Positions 44,321 to 53,458 of a DNA stretch of 64,000 bases are shown here, piece by piece. This DNA comes from an uncultured Microbacterium sp. (GTDB lineage: Bacteria; Actinomycetota; Actinomycetes; Actinomycetales; Microbacteriaceae). The position numbers and the translations under genes are program-made. A model generated the notes under the pieces. That model made no database searches. It worked only from the letters and a program-made list of their open reading frames with translations, and had not been told where the DNA came from. The stretch is taken from the NCBI RefSeq assembly GCF_900078385.1, contig NZ_FLQR01000012.1, forward strand, positions 39,003 to 103,002. Direction: 5' to 3'. Positions within the stretch are counted from its first letter, which is position 1; each line of letters begins with the position of its first letter.

Positions 44321-45328
44321 CTACTGCACCGACCAACCGCCGTCGCTCGGCAGGATCGCGCCATTGATGTTCACACCGTCGTCCGACAGCAGGAACGTGA
44401 TGGATGCAGCCAACTGCTCCGCCGTCGCGAGCGTCGGGATCGCGGACTGGAACGGCTGCAGGCGGGACTGCCCCGCCTCGGACACGTGCGGCGGGAACGG
44501 GATGCCGGTGGCGACGCCGCCGGGCGCCACGAGGTTGACCCGGACGCCCTGCGGCCCGTACATGAAGGCGGCGCTGCGGGTCAGGCCGACCACCGCGTGC
44601 TTGCTCACCGTGTAGGCGTTGCCGGAGGCGCTGCCGCGCAGGCCCGCCTCCGAGCCGACGTTGACGATCGACCCCGTGCCCGCCGCGAGCATGGCCGGCA
44701 GGACGGCGCGCGTCAGCTTGAAGGCGCCGGTGACGTTGACCGCGATGACGCGGTCCCACATCTCGTCGGTGGTCTCGCCCAGCGGCGAGAAGTCGTCGTT
44801 GATGCCCGCGACGTTGGCGAGGGCGTCGATCTTCTCGCCTGCCGCGGCGACGATGGCATCCACGGACGCGGTCGTGGTGATGTCGCCGACGACCGTGACG
44901 ATGTCGGCGTCCGCGAGGGAGCCGCGGAACTCCTGCAGCCGGTCGGCGGACATGTCGACGGCGACGACACGGCCGCCTTCGCGTGCGATGCGCGACGCGG
45001 TCGCACGGCCGATGCCGGAGGCGGCACCCGTCACGACGACCGTCTTGCCGGTGAACCGCCCGGGCGTGATCCGCTCGGTCCAGCCGGCGGCCTCCGTCTC
45101 GGGCATGACGCCGCCGTTCGCCGCCAGGACGAGGTCGTCGATGACCGACTGGGGCATCTGGCCCTGGCTGAGCGGGACGAGCTGCTGGAGCGGAAGTCCG
45201 CGCACCGGTGCGAGCGACTCCTCCGACGCCCCGGACGCCGCGAGCAGTCCGCGCACGAGCTGGCCGCCGACCTCGCTGTCGAGCCAATCGCCGATCGTGC
45301 TGCCGGCGGTGAGTGCCTGTTCTGACAT
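44321..45328 (-). CDS. SDR oxidoreductase with ~75-aa N-terminal accessory domain
   Basis: TGAASGIG, NVAG, YTVSK (YxxxK), NLVAPG; extra helical N-terminus. Confidence 0.9.
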   Translation of the reverse strand: MSEQALTAGSTIGDWLDSEVGGQLVRGLLAASGASEESLAPVRGLPLQQLVPLSQGQMPQSVIDDLVLAANGGVMPETEAAGWTERITPGRFTGKTVVVTGAASGIGRATASRIAREGGRVVAVDMSADRLQEFRGSLADADIVTVVGDITTTASVDAIVAAAGEKIDALANVAGINDDFSPLGETTDEMWDRVIAVNVTGAFKLTRAVLPAMLAAGTGSIVNVGSEAGLRGSASGNAYTVSKHAVVGLTRSAAFMYGPQGVRVNLVAPGGVATGIPFPPHVSEAGQSRLQPFQSAIPTLATAEQLAASITFLLSDDGVNINGAILPSDGGWSVQ

Positions 45329-45381
45329 GTGGTTCCCCTTCGCTTCCGGCTCGATCCGGGCTGATCAAGCCACGCGGCTTA

Positions 45382-45395
45382 TTCCCGCGCGGGAA
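45382..45395. promoter_or_regulatory. Palindromic TetR-type operator between SDR and tetR
   Basis: TTCCCGCGCGGGAA perfect 14-bp palindrome in AT-richer flanks. Confidence 0.55.
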
Positions 45396-45448
45396 ATACT
45401 AAACTCGCGGATGCCGCAGATCAACCGGGAGAACCCCAAGGAGGCGCT

Positions 45449-46117
45449 ATGGCGAGCCCGCAACGCCGAGGACGCGGATCGCGCGCGGGGCTCGACCTCG
45501 ATCGCATCCTGGCCGCCGCGCGCGGCATGGATCCCGCCGGCCTGACGATGCAGGCGCTGGCCGATGAGCTGGGCGTCGACCGCAAGGCCCTCAACCATCA
45601 CGTGACGGATCGCGAGGGACTCCTGGAGCTGCTGGCGATCGACGCCTTCCGGCGCCGGTTCGCGGCGGAGGACGTCGATCTCGGCACCACCTGGCAGGAT
45701 GCGTGCCGGGCGTACGCGGACACGATGCGCCAGAGTCTCGCCGACACCGGCGAGTGGCTCACGTTCTTCCGGTTCACCAACCCCCACGACCTCGCGATCG
45801 TGGGTCCCGCGGAGACGGTCGCGGAGCGGATGCTCGCGGCCGGGTTCGACGAGGTGACGGTCAGCCGCGCCATGCACCTGCTCATGACCATCTGCAGCGG
45901 CTTCGCACGGGATGCCGTCATCGGCCGGCGCGAAGGGGGGCACCCCCAGGTCGAGGCGCTGCGCGCCGCGCTGGCATCCGATGACGCCGGGTACACCGCC
46001 CTCCGCGACCTCGTCGACGCCCGCGTGGACAACTTCGGCGACGAGCAGTTCCGCTTCGACGTCGACGCGTTCATCGCCGCCATGGAGCTGCGCGCCGCGC
46101 GCCCCGCCGGGCCGTGA
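45449..46117 (+). CDS. TetR/AcrR family regulator (TetR_C type)
   Basis: LTMQALADELGVDRKALNHHV HTH; C-terminal DEQFRFDVDAFI. Confidence 0.9.
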   Translation: MASPQRRGRGSRAGLDLDRILAAARGMDPAGLTMQALADELGVDRKALNHHVTDREGLLELLAIDAFRRRFAAEDVDLGTTWQDACRAYADTMRQSLADTGEWLTFFRFTNPHDLAIVGPAETVAERMLAAGFDEVTVSRAMHLLMTICSGFARDAVIGRREGGHPQVEALRAALASDDAGYTALRDLVDARVDNFGDEQFRFDVDAFIAAMELRAARPAGP

Positions 46118-46121
46118 CGGA

Positions 46122-46922
46122 TCAGCCGCGCGCGAGGACCTCGCCGTGCGGCATGAGCAGCCAGCCGTCGTCGCTCGCGGCCCATTCCCGCCAGCCCGCA
46201 CTGATCCGCTCGAGGCCCGCCCGGTCGGCCAGTCCCAGGCGCAGCGCGTTGTCCGCGAACGAGGAGTGCAGCGCGCGGTCGGCCCACAGGCCGCCCCACC
46301 ACGCCCGGTCCGCAGGGCTCTCGAAGAGCCACAGTGACGCGCTCGAGCGCACCTCCGCGAACCCGGCGGCCCGCGCCCACGACTTGAGCATCCGGCCCGC
46401 CGCCGGGTCGCCGCTGGTGCCGCGGTGCACCGCGAGGTACACCTCGCGCCACTCCGCGAGGCCCGGCACCTGCGGGAACCAGATGGTCCCCTCGTAATCG
46501 ACGTCGCGCGCGGCGACCAGACCGCCCGGTCGCACGACGCGACGGAACTCCCGGAGCGCGTCGACCGGCCGCGTGAGATGCTGCAGCACCTGGTGCGCGT
46601 GCACGACATCCCACGCGCCGTCGGCCGACGCGAGGGCGTAGGCGTCGTCCACGGCGAAGGACACGTTCGCCACCCCGGCGGCAGCGCGATCGGCCTCGGC
46701 CTGCCCGATCACATCGGCGGACGCGTCGATCCCGTGCACGGGCCCCGGCGAGACGAGACGGGCGATGTCGAGGGTGATCGTGCCGGGGCCGGCGCCCACG
46801 TCGAGCACCGACATGCCGGCACGCAGGTCCGGCAGCAGGTACGCGGCGGAGTTCTCCGCCGTGCGCCAGCGATGCGAGCGCAGGACGCTCTCGTGGTGTC
46901 CGTGGGTGTAGTCGTCCGGCAT
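46122..46922 (-). CDS. Class I SAM-dependent methyltransferase
   Basis: YTHGHHESVLRSH, VLDVGAGPG, HQVLQHL, RPGG. Confidence 0.9.
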   Translation of the reverse strand: MPDDYTHGHHESVLRSHRWRTAENSAAYLLPDLRAGMSVLDVGAGPGTITLDIARLVSPGPVHGIDASADVIGQAEADRAAAGVANVSFAVDDAYALASADGAWDVVHAHQVLQHLTRPVDALREFRRVVRPGGLVAARDVDYEGTIWFPQVPGLAEWREVYLAVHRGTSGDPAAGRMLKSWARAAGFAEVRSSASLWLFESPADRAWWGGLWADRALHSSFADNALRLGLADRAGLERISAGWREWAASDDGWLLMPHGEVLARG

Positions 46923-46963
46923 GGCACCATCCTGCCGCAGCGCGTCGCGCCGGGTGCGGCGGC

Positions 46964-47917
46964 TCAGGCGGTCGCGGGCGTCCACTCCGAGACGCGGTTC
47001 AGCTCGAACACCTCGTCGGCGTCGAGCTCGGTGCGCGCGCCGTCGAGGAGGTCGGCGACCTGCGCGACCTGCGACGCCGAGGCGATGGGCGCCGCGACCG
47101 ACGGCTGGGCGCGCAGCCACGCGAGCGCCGTCGCCGCCACGGAGACGCCGTGGGCGTCGCCGATGCGCTCGAGCGCGTCGATGATCCGCAGGCCCGCGGG
47201 CGTCGCGTATTCGGCGGCGGCCTGCGCCCGCGGCGAGGCCTGGCCGGTGGCATCCGTCGACCGGTACTTGCCCGTGAGGAAGCCCTTCGCGAGTGCGAAG
47301 TACGGCACGAGGCTCAGTCCGTGCTCCTGCGCGACGGGGACGATGTGCTCCTCGACATCGCCCCGGTGCACGAGGTTGTAGTGCGGTTGGATGGCGACGG
47401 GCTCGGCCACACCGAGGTCGCGGGCGATGCGGATCCACTCCTGGATCCGGTCGGCCGAGTAGTTCGACACGGCGGTGTGACGGACGAGTCCGTCGGCGAC
47501 GAGCGCGCCGAATTCCGCGACGGTCTCCTCCAGGGGCACGGACGCGTCGTCGAAGTGCGCGTAGTAGAGGTCGATCGTGTCGACACCGAGGCGACGCAGC
47601 GACGCCTCCGCGGCGGCGCGCACGTTCGCCCCGGAGAGGCCCCGGAAGTCGGGGTGCTGGCTGACCTTCGTGGCCACGACCACCCCGGCGGGCTTCCGGG
47701 AGGCCAGCCACTCGCCGATGAGCGTCTCGCTCTCGCCCCCGGAGTTGCCGGGCTTCCAGGAGCTGTAGGAGTCCGCGGTGTCGATGAAGTCCCCGCCGCC
47801 GGCGGTGAAGGCGTCCAGCACCGCGAAGGACGTGTCGCGGTCGGCCGTCCAGCCGAAGACGTTGCCCCCGAGGGCTAGCGGGAAGATGTCGAGGTCGCTG
47901 GATCCGATGCGGGTCAT
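46964..47917 (-). CDS. Aldo/keto reductase
   Basis: LGGNVFG, IDTADSY, VATKV, IDLYYAH, PYFALAKGFLTGKY. Confidence 0.9.
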   Translation of the reverse strand: MTRIGSSDLDIFPLALGGNVFGWTADRDTSFAVLDAFTAGGGDFIDTADSYSSWKPGNSGGESETLIGEWLASRKPAGVVVATKVSQHPDFRGLSGANVRAAAEASLRRLGVDTIDLYYAHFDDASVPLEETVAEFGALVADGLVRHTAVSNYSADRIQEWIRIARDLGVAEPVAIQPHYNLVHRGDVEEHIVPVAQEHGLSLVPYFALAKGFLTGKYRSTDATGQASPRAQAAAEYATPAGLRIIDALERIGDAHGVSVAATALAWLRAQPSVAAPIASASQVAQVADLLDGARTELDADEVFELNRVSEWTPATA

Positions 47918-47926
47918 ACCGAAGAT

Positions 47927-47997
47927 CAAGTCGCGACGCGGGCGGTCTATTCCGGCCCATATCCATTCACCGGAATGCACGAGCCCGGCGTACGGTT
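47927..47997. promoter_or_regulatory. Back-to-back SigH/SigR-type ECF promoters
   Basis: Plus: GGAAT(47972)-N18-GTTG toward LLM; minus: GGAAT(47953)-N18-CTTG toward AKR. Confidence 0.6.
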
Positions 47998-48006
47998 GCA
48001 GGCGAC

Positions 48007-49035
48007 ATGGAACGCTTCGGAACCCTCTCCTTCGGTCACTACGGCCCCCTGGGCGGCGGCCGCTCGCTCACCGCCGGCGACTCCCTGCGGCAGGCCGTGG
48101 ATCTCGCGCAGGGGATGGACGACCTGGGTGTCAACGGCATCGCGTTCCGCGTGCACCACTTCGCCCGCCAGCAGTCCTCCCCCATGCCGCTGCTCGCCGC
48201 GATCGCGGCGACGACGGAGCGCATCGAGATGGGCACCGGCGTCATCGACATGCGCTACGAGAACCCGCTCTACCTCGCCGAGGAGGCGGCCACCGTCGAC
48301 CTGCTCTCGGACGGGCGGCTCGCGCTCGGCGTGAGCCGCGGCTCACCCGAGACCGTCGTCCGCGGGTACGAGGCGTTCGGGTACACCGGCGCCGAGGATC
48401 CTCGCGGAGCCGACCTCGCACGGGCCCACTTCGACCTGTTCCTCCGCGCCATCGACGGCGAGGGGATCGCGCAGCGCGACCCGGACAGTCCGTTCGGCGG
48501 CGGCACCGGCCTGCAGCGCATCGAACCGCACTCCCCCGGGCTGCGGTCGCGCGTCTGGTGGGGTGCGGGCACGCGGGAGACGGCCGAGTGGGCCGGCCGC
48601 GTCGGTGTGAACCTCATGTCGTCGACGCTGCTCACGGAGGCCGACGGACGCCCGTTCGACCTCCTGCAGGCCGATCAGATCGACGCGTTCCGGGCCGCGT
48701 GGCGCGAGGCGGGGCACGCGGGGACGCCGCGCGTGTCGGTGAGCCGCTCCATCTTCCCGATCACGACCGCAGAGGACGAGCTGTACTTCGGGCACAGCCA
48801 GGACGGCGACGGCATCGGGTACATCGACGGGTTCCGGTCGACGTTCGGCAAGACCTACGCGGCGACCCCCGACGTGCTCGTCGAGCAGCTGCTGCAGGAT
48901 GCCGCGATCCGCTCGGCCGACACCCTCATGCTGACGATCCCGTCGCAGCTCGGCGTCGAGTTCAACCTCCGCATCGTCGAGGCGTTCGCGACCCACGTCG
49001 CCCCGGCGCTCGGCTGGGTGTCGACGCGGGCGTAG
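48007..49035 (+). CDS. LLM class (luciferase-like) flavin-dependent oxidoreductase
   Basis: FRVHHFA, GTGVIDMRYENP, LGVSRGSPE, NLMSST. Confidence 0.9.
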   Translation: MERFGTLSFGHYGPLGGGRSLTAGDSLRQAVDLAQGMDDLGVNGIAFRVHHFARQQSSPMPLLAAIAATTERIEMGTGVIDMRYENPLYLAEEAATVDLLSDGRLALGVSRGSPETVVRGYEAFGYTGAEDPRGADLARAHFDLFLRAIDGEGIAQRDPDSPFGGGTGLQRIEPHSPGLRSRVWWGAGTRETAEWAGRVGVNLMSSTLLTEADGRPFDLLQADQIDAFRAAWREAGHAGTPRVSVSRSIFPITTAEDELYFGHSQDGDGIGYIDGFRSTFGKTYAATPDVLVEQLLQDAAIRSADTLMLTIPSQLGVEFNLRIVEAFATHVAPALGWVSTRA

Positions 49036-49057
49036 CGCCGGTCGGCTCCGCGACGGC

Positions 49058-49738
49058 TCAGGAGCCGCGGAGCACCCCGTCGTGCAGTTCGAGGACGCGG
49101 TCGGCACGCGCGAGGATCGACGGGTCGTGCGTGGACAGCAGCACCGCGAGGGACTCCTCGTGGGCGATCGACGAGATGAGGTCGATCATCTGCGCGGCGG
49201 TGGTGGAGTCCAGCTGACCCGTGGGCTCGTCGGCGAGGAGGATGCGCGGTGACCCGGCGAGCGCGCGGGCGATGCCGACCCGCTGCTGCTGGCCGCCGGA
49301 CAGCTCGGCGGGTCGCTGCGCCGCGTGGCCGGAGAGTCCGACCCGCTCCAGCAGCCGCCGGACGTGCGCGGAACGGTCGGCGGAGTCGGCACCGGCGATG
49401 CGCAGCGGCAGCTCGACGTTCTCCTCGGCCGACAGCGCGCCGAGGAGGCCGAACGACTGGAAGACGTAGCCGATGTCGTCACGTCGGACGCGGTCGATCT
49501 CGGCCTCAGAGGCTTCCGTGACCACGACGTCGCCGACGCGGACCCGGCCGGTCGTCACGGGCTGGATGCCGCCGAGCGCATGCAGCAGCGTCGTCTTCCC
49601 CGCACCGGACGGCCCGACCAGCACGACGAACTCGCCGGGGTGCAGGACGAGGGATGCCTCGACGAGAGCGTGCACGTCGCCGGCGGGCGTGCGGTGGACG
49701 ACGGAGAGTCCGTCGGCCTCGAGCACGGCGTCAGTCAT
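49058..49738 (-). CDS. ABC transporter ATP-binding protein (LolD/MacB type)
   Basis: [26 protein letters not shown]. Confidence 0.92.
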   Translation of the reverse strand: MTDAVLEADGLSVVHRTPAGDVHALVEASLVLHPGEFVVLVGPSGAGKTTLLHALGGIQPVTTGRVRVGDVVVTEASEAEIDRVRRDDIGYVFQSFGLLGALSAEENVELPLRIAGADSADRSAHVRRLLERVGLSGHAAQRPAELSGGQQQRVGIARALAGSPRILLADEPTGQLDSTTAAQMIDLISSIAHEESLAVLLSTHDPSILARADRVLELHDGVLRGS

Positions 49739-50726
49739 CGAGGTCTCCTTCGCTGCGCGCGGCCCGCAGACTCCGGCGGGACGGCGGCGGGTCGGCGGGG
49801 GGTTCGTCGGTCGGCGGCGTGTCTGTCGGCGGCGTCGCGGTCGGCGGCGTCGCGGTCGGCGGGCGCGAGTCGCCCGGCCACACGCCGACGTGATCGGGGT
49901 TCAGCTCGAGTCGCACCCGATCGCTCAGCGACAGGCGGCTCATGTACTCGGTGGGCAGCTGCATCCGTCCCACCCGGTCCAGCACGACGAACTCCTCGGC
50001 CATGGCGTGCTCGCGGCCTTCGTCGTCCGTGTGGGTCCACCGCAGGACCTCCGTGGAGGTGCGGCCGTCCCGGATCTGCACGGTCCGCTGCACGTGATCG
50101 GACACCGCCGGATCGTGCGTCACGATGAGGGCGGTCGTGCCGAGCTCGCGGTTGACGGCCTCGAACGTCGCGAGCACCTCCGCCGACGCGTGCTCATCGA
50201 GGTCGCCGGTCGGCTCGTCGGCGAGAAGCACGCGCGGATCGTTGGCGAGCGCGACCGCGATCGCCACGCGCTGCTGCTGGCCGCCGGAGAGCTCCGCCGG
50301 CCGGCGGTCCGCGACATCCGCGACGCCCGTCAGCTCGAGCAGGTCCCGCGCCCTGTCCGGATGCCGGCGGTCGCCGCCGATCGCCCGCGCGAGGTGCACG
50401 TTCTCCGCCGCCGTGAGGTAGGGCAGCAGGTTGCGGGCCGTCTGCTGCCACACGAAGCCGACGATCTCCCGCCGGTAGTCGACGCGCTGCCGGGCCGTCA
50501 GGGCCGTCAGGTCGCGGCCCGCGACCGTCGCCTTGCCGGCCGTGGGGGCGTCGAGGGCGGAGAGGATCGACAGGAGCGTCGACTTCCCGGACCCGGATGC
50601 CCCGACGAGCGCCACGAGCTCGCCGCGGCCGATCTGGAGGTCCAGACCCTGCAGCGCCTGCACTTCGATGTCCGCGACCGCGAAGATGCGCACGAGCCCT
50701 TCGCAGATGATGTCGGGAGCGTCCAT
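49731..50726 (-). CDS. ABC transporter ATP-binding protein with C-terminal extension
   Basis: [26 protein letters not shown]; then [11 protein letters not shown] domain and (PPTAT)n tail. Confidence 0.92.
   Translation of the reverse strand: MDAPDIICEGLVRIFAVADIEVQALQGLDLQIGRGELVALVGASGSGKSTLLSILSALDAPTAGKATVAGRDLTALTARQRVDYRREIVGFVWQQTARNLLPYLTAAENVHLARAIGGDRRHPDRARDLLELTGVADVADRRPAELSGGQQQRVAIAVALANDPRVLLADEPTGDLDEHASAEVLATFEAVNRELGTTALIVTHDPAVSDHVQRTVQIRDGRTSTEVLRWTHTDDEGREHAMAEEFVVLDRVGRMQLPTEYMSRLSLSDRVRLELNPDHVGVWPGDSRPPTATPPTATPPTDTPPTDEPPADPPPSRRSLRAARSEGDLDD
49810..49862. repeat. 15-bp tandem repeat encoding ([10 protein letters not shown])n
   Basis: GTCGGCGGCGTCGCG units at 49810 (variant), 49825, 49840, partial 49855. 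Confidence 0.8.
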
Positions 50727-53458
50727 CAGTCCTCCTCTGTTCGCAGCACGGTGGCGATCGATGTCGTCCGGGCGCTGAGCACCCCGGCGATGACGGCCGC
50801 CGCGAGGGCCACCACCACGACGGCGATCAGGATGCCGGTGAGGGCCGGGTCCACCGTCAGGGACGGCTGCCCTCCCCCGCCGGTGAAGGGTCGCAGGTCG
50901 ATCGAGAGCACGACGAGCAGGGGCAGCACGGCGCCCAGGGCGATGCCGCCGACGAGGGCCGTGGCCCCGAGCGGCGCGAACTCCCACGTCACGATTCCGC
51001 GGCCCCGCGGTCGGTCCAGGCCCATCGTCCGCAGCAGCGCGATGACGCGCGAACGGGCGTCCCGCGACACGCCCGCGACGAGCAGGAGCGCGATGACGGA
51101 GAGGGCCACCGCGACCGCCAGGGCGCCGAGCAGCACGAACCGCAGCGCCGTGACGGCGGGCGAGGCCTGGATCTCGGCCGTGGAGTCGATGAGGATGCGC
51201 ACGGAGTGGCTCTGGCCCAGCGCCTCGCCGAGGGCGTCCGCGACGACATGGGGATCGGCGTCGTCGGCGATGTCGACGACCGCTATGCGCGGCGAGAACC
51301 CGAGACCCGTGAGCGCGACGTAGTCGGCGCGGTCCAGCAGCACGAACGACGCCGTCTGCGGCACTCCCATGACGCGGGCCAGCGTGCCGGTGATCTCGGC
51401 CGGCGCCTCGGCCACGGTGGCGGACCCCGAGCCGATGTCGGCGACCACCGCATCGGCGAGCACGACCTGGACGGGTTCCGCCCCGGCGGAGATCGCTTCC
51501 GGGGCGATCGCCCCGACGAACCCGCGCTGGATCTCGGCGAGCCGCGCCGTGTCGGAGACGAGCGCGAGCACGCTGGCGCGCCCGCCTGAAGCGGTCACGG
51601 ACAGGTAGTCGCCGCGCAGGATGCCGGCCACCTCCGTGACGCCGTCGACGGCCCGGAGCCGCTCGATGGTCGCGTCGTCCAGGTACGGTCCTGCGATGCG
51701 GATGTCGCCGCCGACGTCGCGCTGGGCGGCGACGACCGCGCCGCGGTCCACCGTCGCGAGGATCAGGGACGAGAAGACCGCGATCGCGACGGCGACGACC
51801 ATCGCGAGCACCGCGGTGGTCCCGGCGGCCGGATCGCGCAGGTTCCGGGCCGCGCCGACGAGCCCGACGACCCCGCGCCCGCGTCGCGACGCGGCCAGCG
51901 CGGCGGCGATCGGAAGCGGGTGCAGGCGGACGACGAGAAGGGCGAGCGCGACGGTCGCGAGCAGCGGCGCCACGATGACGAGCGGGTCGATCTCGTCGGT
52001 CTGCGTGCCGATGCCGCGGAGCACCAGCTGGGCGACGGCCACCACCGCCAGCAGCACGACGACGATCTCCACGATCCGCGTCCACCGGCCCGACACGCGG
52101 GCGTCCAGATCGGCACGGGCGCGGGTGAGCAGGCCCGGGCGCAGGGTCCCGGCGAGCGCGAGCGCCGGGGCCGCACCGACGGCCACCGCGATCACGGTCG
52201 GCAGGAGGCCCGCGTCGTCCCGTGCGACGACGAGGCCCAGCGCCGCTCCGACGGCCGCGCCGGGGAACCCCAGGATCATCCCCTCGGCGGCCAGGAGCCG
52301 GCGGAGGCGAGCGATCGGGGCGCCCCGCGCGGAGAGGAGCGCGAGGTCGGTGCGGCGACGGCGGACGATGAGCGCGCAGGCCAGGACGATGAGGGCGACG
52401 CTGACCGCGAGGGGCCCGACGGCGGCGACCGCGAGGATGGCGCTGGCCGAGTTCGCGCGGGACAGCGCCGTCCCGAGCACGCCGACGAGCTCGGTCGACA
52501 GCCGCATCCGCAGGGTGCCCGTCGCATCGAGCGGGATCGACGCGGTCGTGGCGCCCCGCAGGGCATCCAGCAGATCGTTCGGCTCGACGCCGCGCGCCGC
52601 CGCGGCGTCGACGGGATACCACGCCGTCAGCTGCCCTCGACCGAGGACACCGCTCTCCATGACCCGCTGCCACGACGCCGCCGCCGTCCATGCGACGGCG
52701 GTCGCGGTGGGGCGCCGGTTGCCGTCGTCGAAGACCGTCGCCGCGAGGGCCGGGGGAAGGTGCTGCCACCGGTCGGCATCCGGATCGACGGCGGCCACGG
52801 TGCCGGAGAGGATGAAGACGGGTGTCTCCGCCATCCACCCCTGCGACAGGCGCTGGGCGTTGACGGGCACACGGCGTTCCTGCCCGACCGGCCAGCCCAT
52901 CGTGGCTGCCGCATCCGCGGCGAGCGCGATCGGGAGCGGACCCGTGCCGTCCCAGCCCTGCGGCCACGTGCCCTCGACGAGCTCGAGGTGCGCCTGCGCG
53001 CTCGGCTCGGCCAGCAGCTGGATGCGCGCGAGCGGGATGTCGGACGCGAGCGCGTCGGGCACCGCGAACGGCGCAGCCGCGAGGTGCTCCGCGAACCGGG
53101 CCGTGCCGGTGAGTCCGCGGAGGACGGGATCGAAGCCCTCGCGGGCGTCGGCGAGCCGGGACGCGACCGCGCCGAGCACGTCCGCGGCCCCGGCATCCCA
53201 CCCGTCCGCGACCGCCGCGTCGTCCGGCGCACCGAACGCCGGCGCATCGAGCGTCGCGCCGGTGAGGTCTCGCGAGGTCGGGGCGACCCCGGCCAGCTGG
53301 TGCGCGACCTCGGCCCGAACGACGCCGACGAGCGCGCGCGGCGCGGCGGCGATCACGAACGCCGCGAGCGCGGTGAGAGCGACGATGACGAGCGCCGCGC
53401 TGCGGGGCGTCGCGAAGCGCCGCCGCGTGAGCGCGAACAGCCCGGGCGAGGTCGTCAT
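50726..53458 (-). CDS. Large FtsX/MacB-type ABC permease
   Basis: Two FtsX-like TM clusters (LALLSARGA, IALLRTMGL) each preceded by a large extracytoplasmic loop. Confidence 0.85.
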   Translation of the reverse strand: MTTSPGLFALTRRRFATPRSAALVIVALTALAAFVIAAAPRALVGVVRAEVAHQLAGVAPTSRDLTGATLDAPAFGAPDDAAVADGWDAGAADVLGAVASRLADAREGFDPVLRGLTGTARFAEHLAAAPFAVPDALASDIPLARIQLLAEPSAQAHLELVEGTWPQGWDGTGPLPIALAADAAATMGWPVGQERRVPVNAQRLSQGWMAETPVFILSGTVAAVDPDADRWQHLPPALAATVFDDGNRRPTATAVAWTAAASWQRVMESGVLGRGQLTAWYPVDAAAARGVEPNDLLDALRGATTASIPLDATGTLRMRLSTELVGVLGTALSRANSASAILAVAAVGPLAVSVALIVLACALIVRRRRTDLALLSARGAPIARLRRLLAAEGMILGFPGAAVGAALGLVVARDDAGLLPTVIAVAVGAAPALALAGTLRPGLLTRARADLDARVSGRWTRIVEIVVVLLAVVAVAQLVLRGIGTQTDEIDPLVIVAPLLATVALALLVVRLHPLPIAAALAASRRGRGVVGLVGAARNLRDPAAGTTAVLAMVVAVAIAVFSSLILATVDRGAVVAAQRDVGGDIRIAGPYLDDATIERLRAVDGVTEVAGILRGDYLSVTASGGRASVLALVSDTARLAEIQRGFVGAIAPEAISAGAEPVQVVLADAVVADIGSGSATVAEAPAEITGTLARVMGVPQTASFVLLDRADYVALTGLGFSPRIAVVDIADDADPHVVADALGEALGQSHSVRILIDSTAEIQASPAVTALRFVLLGALAVAVALSVIALLLVAGVSRDARSRVIALLRTMGLDRPRGRGIVTWEFAPLGATALVGGIALGAVLPLLVVLSIDLRPFTGGGGQPSLTVDPALTGILIAVVVVALAAAVIAGVLSARTTSIATVLRTEED

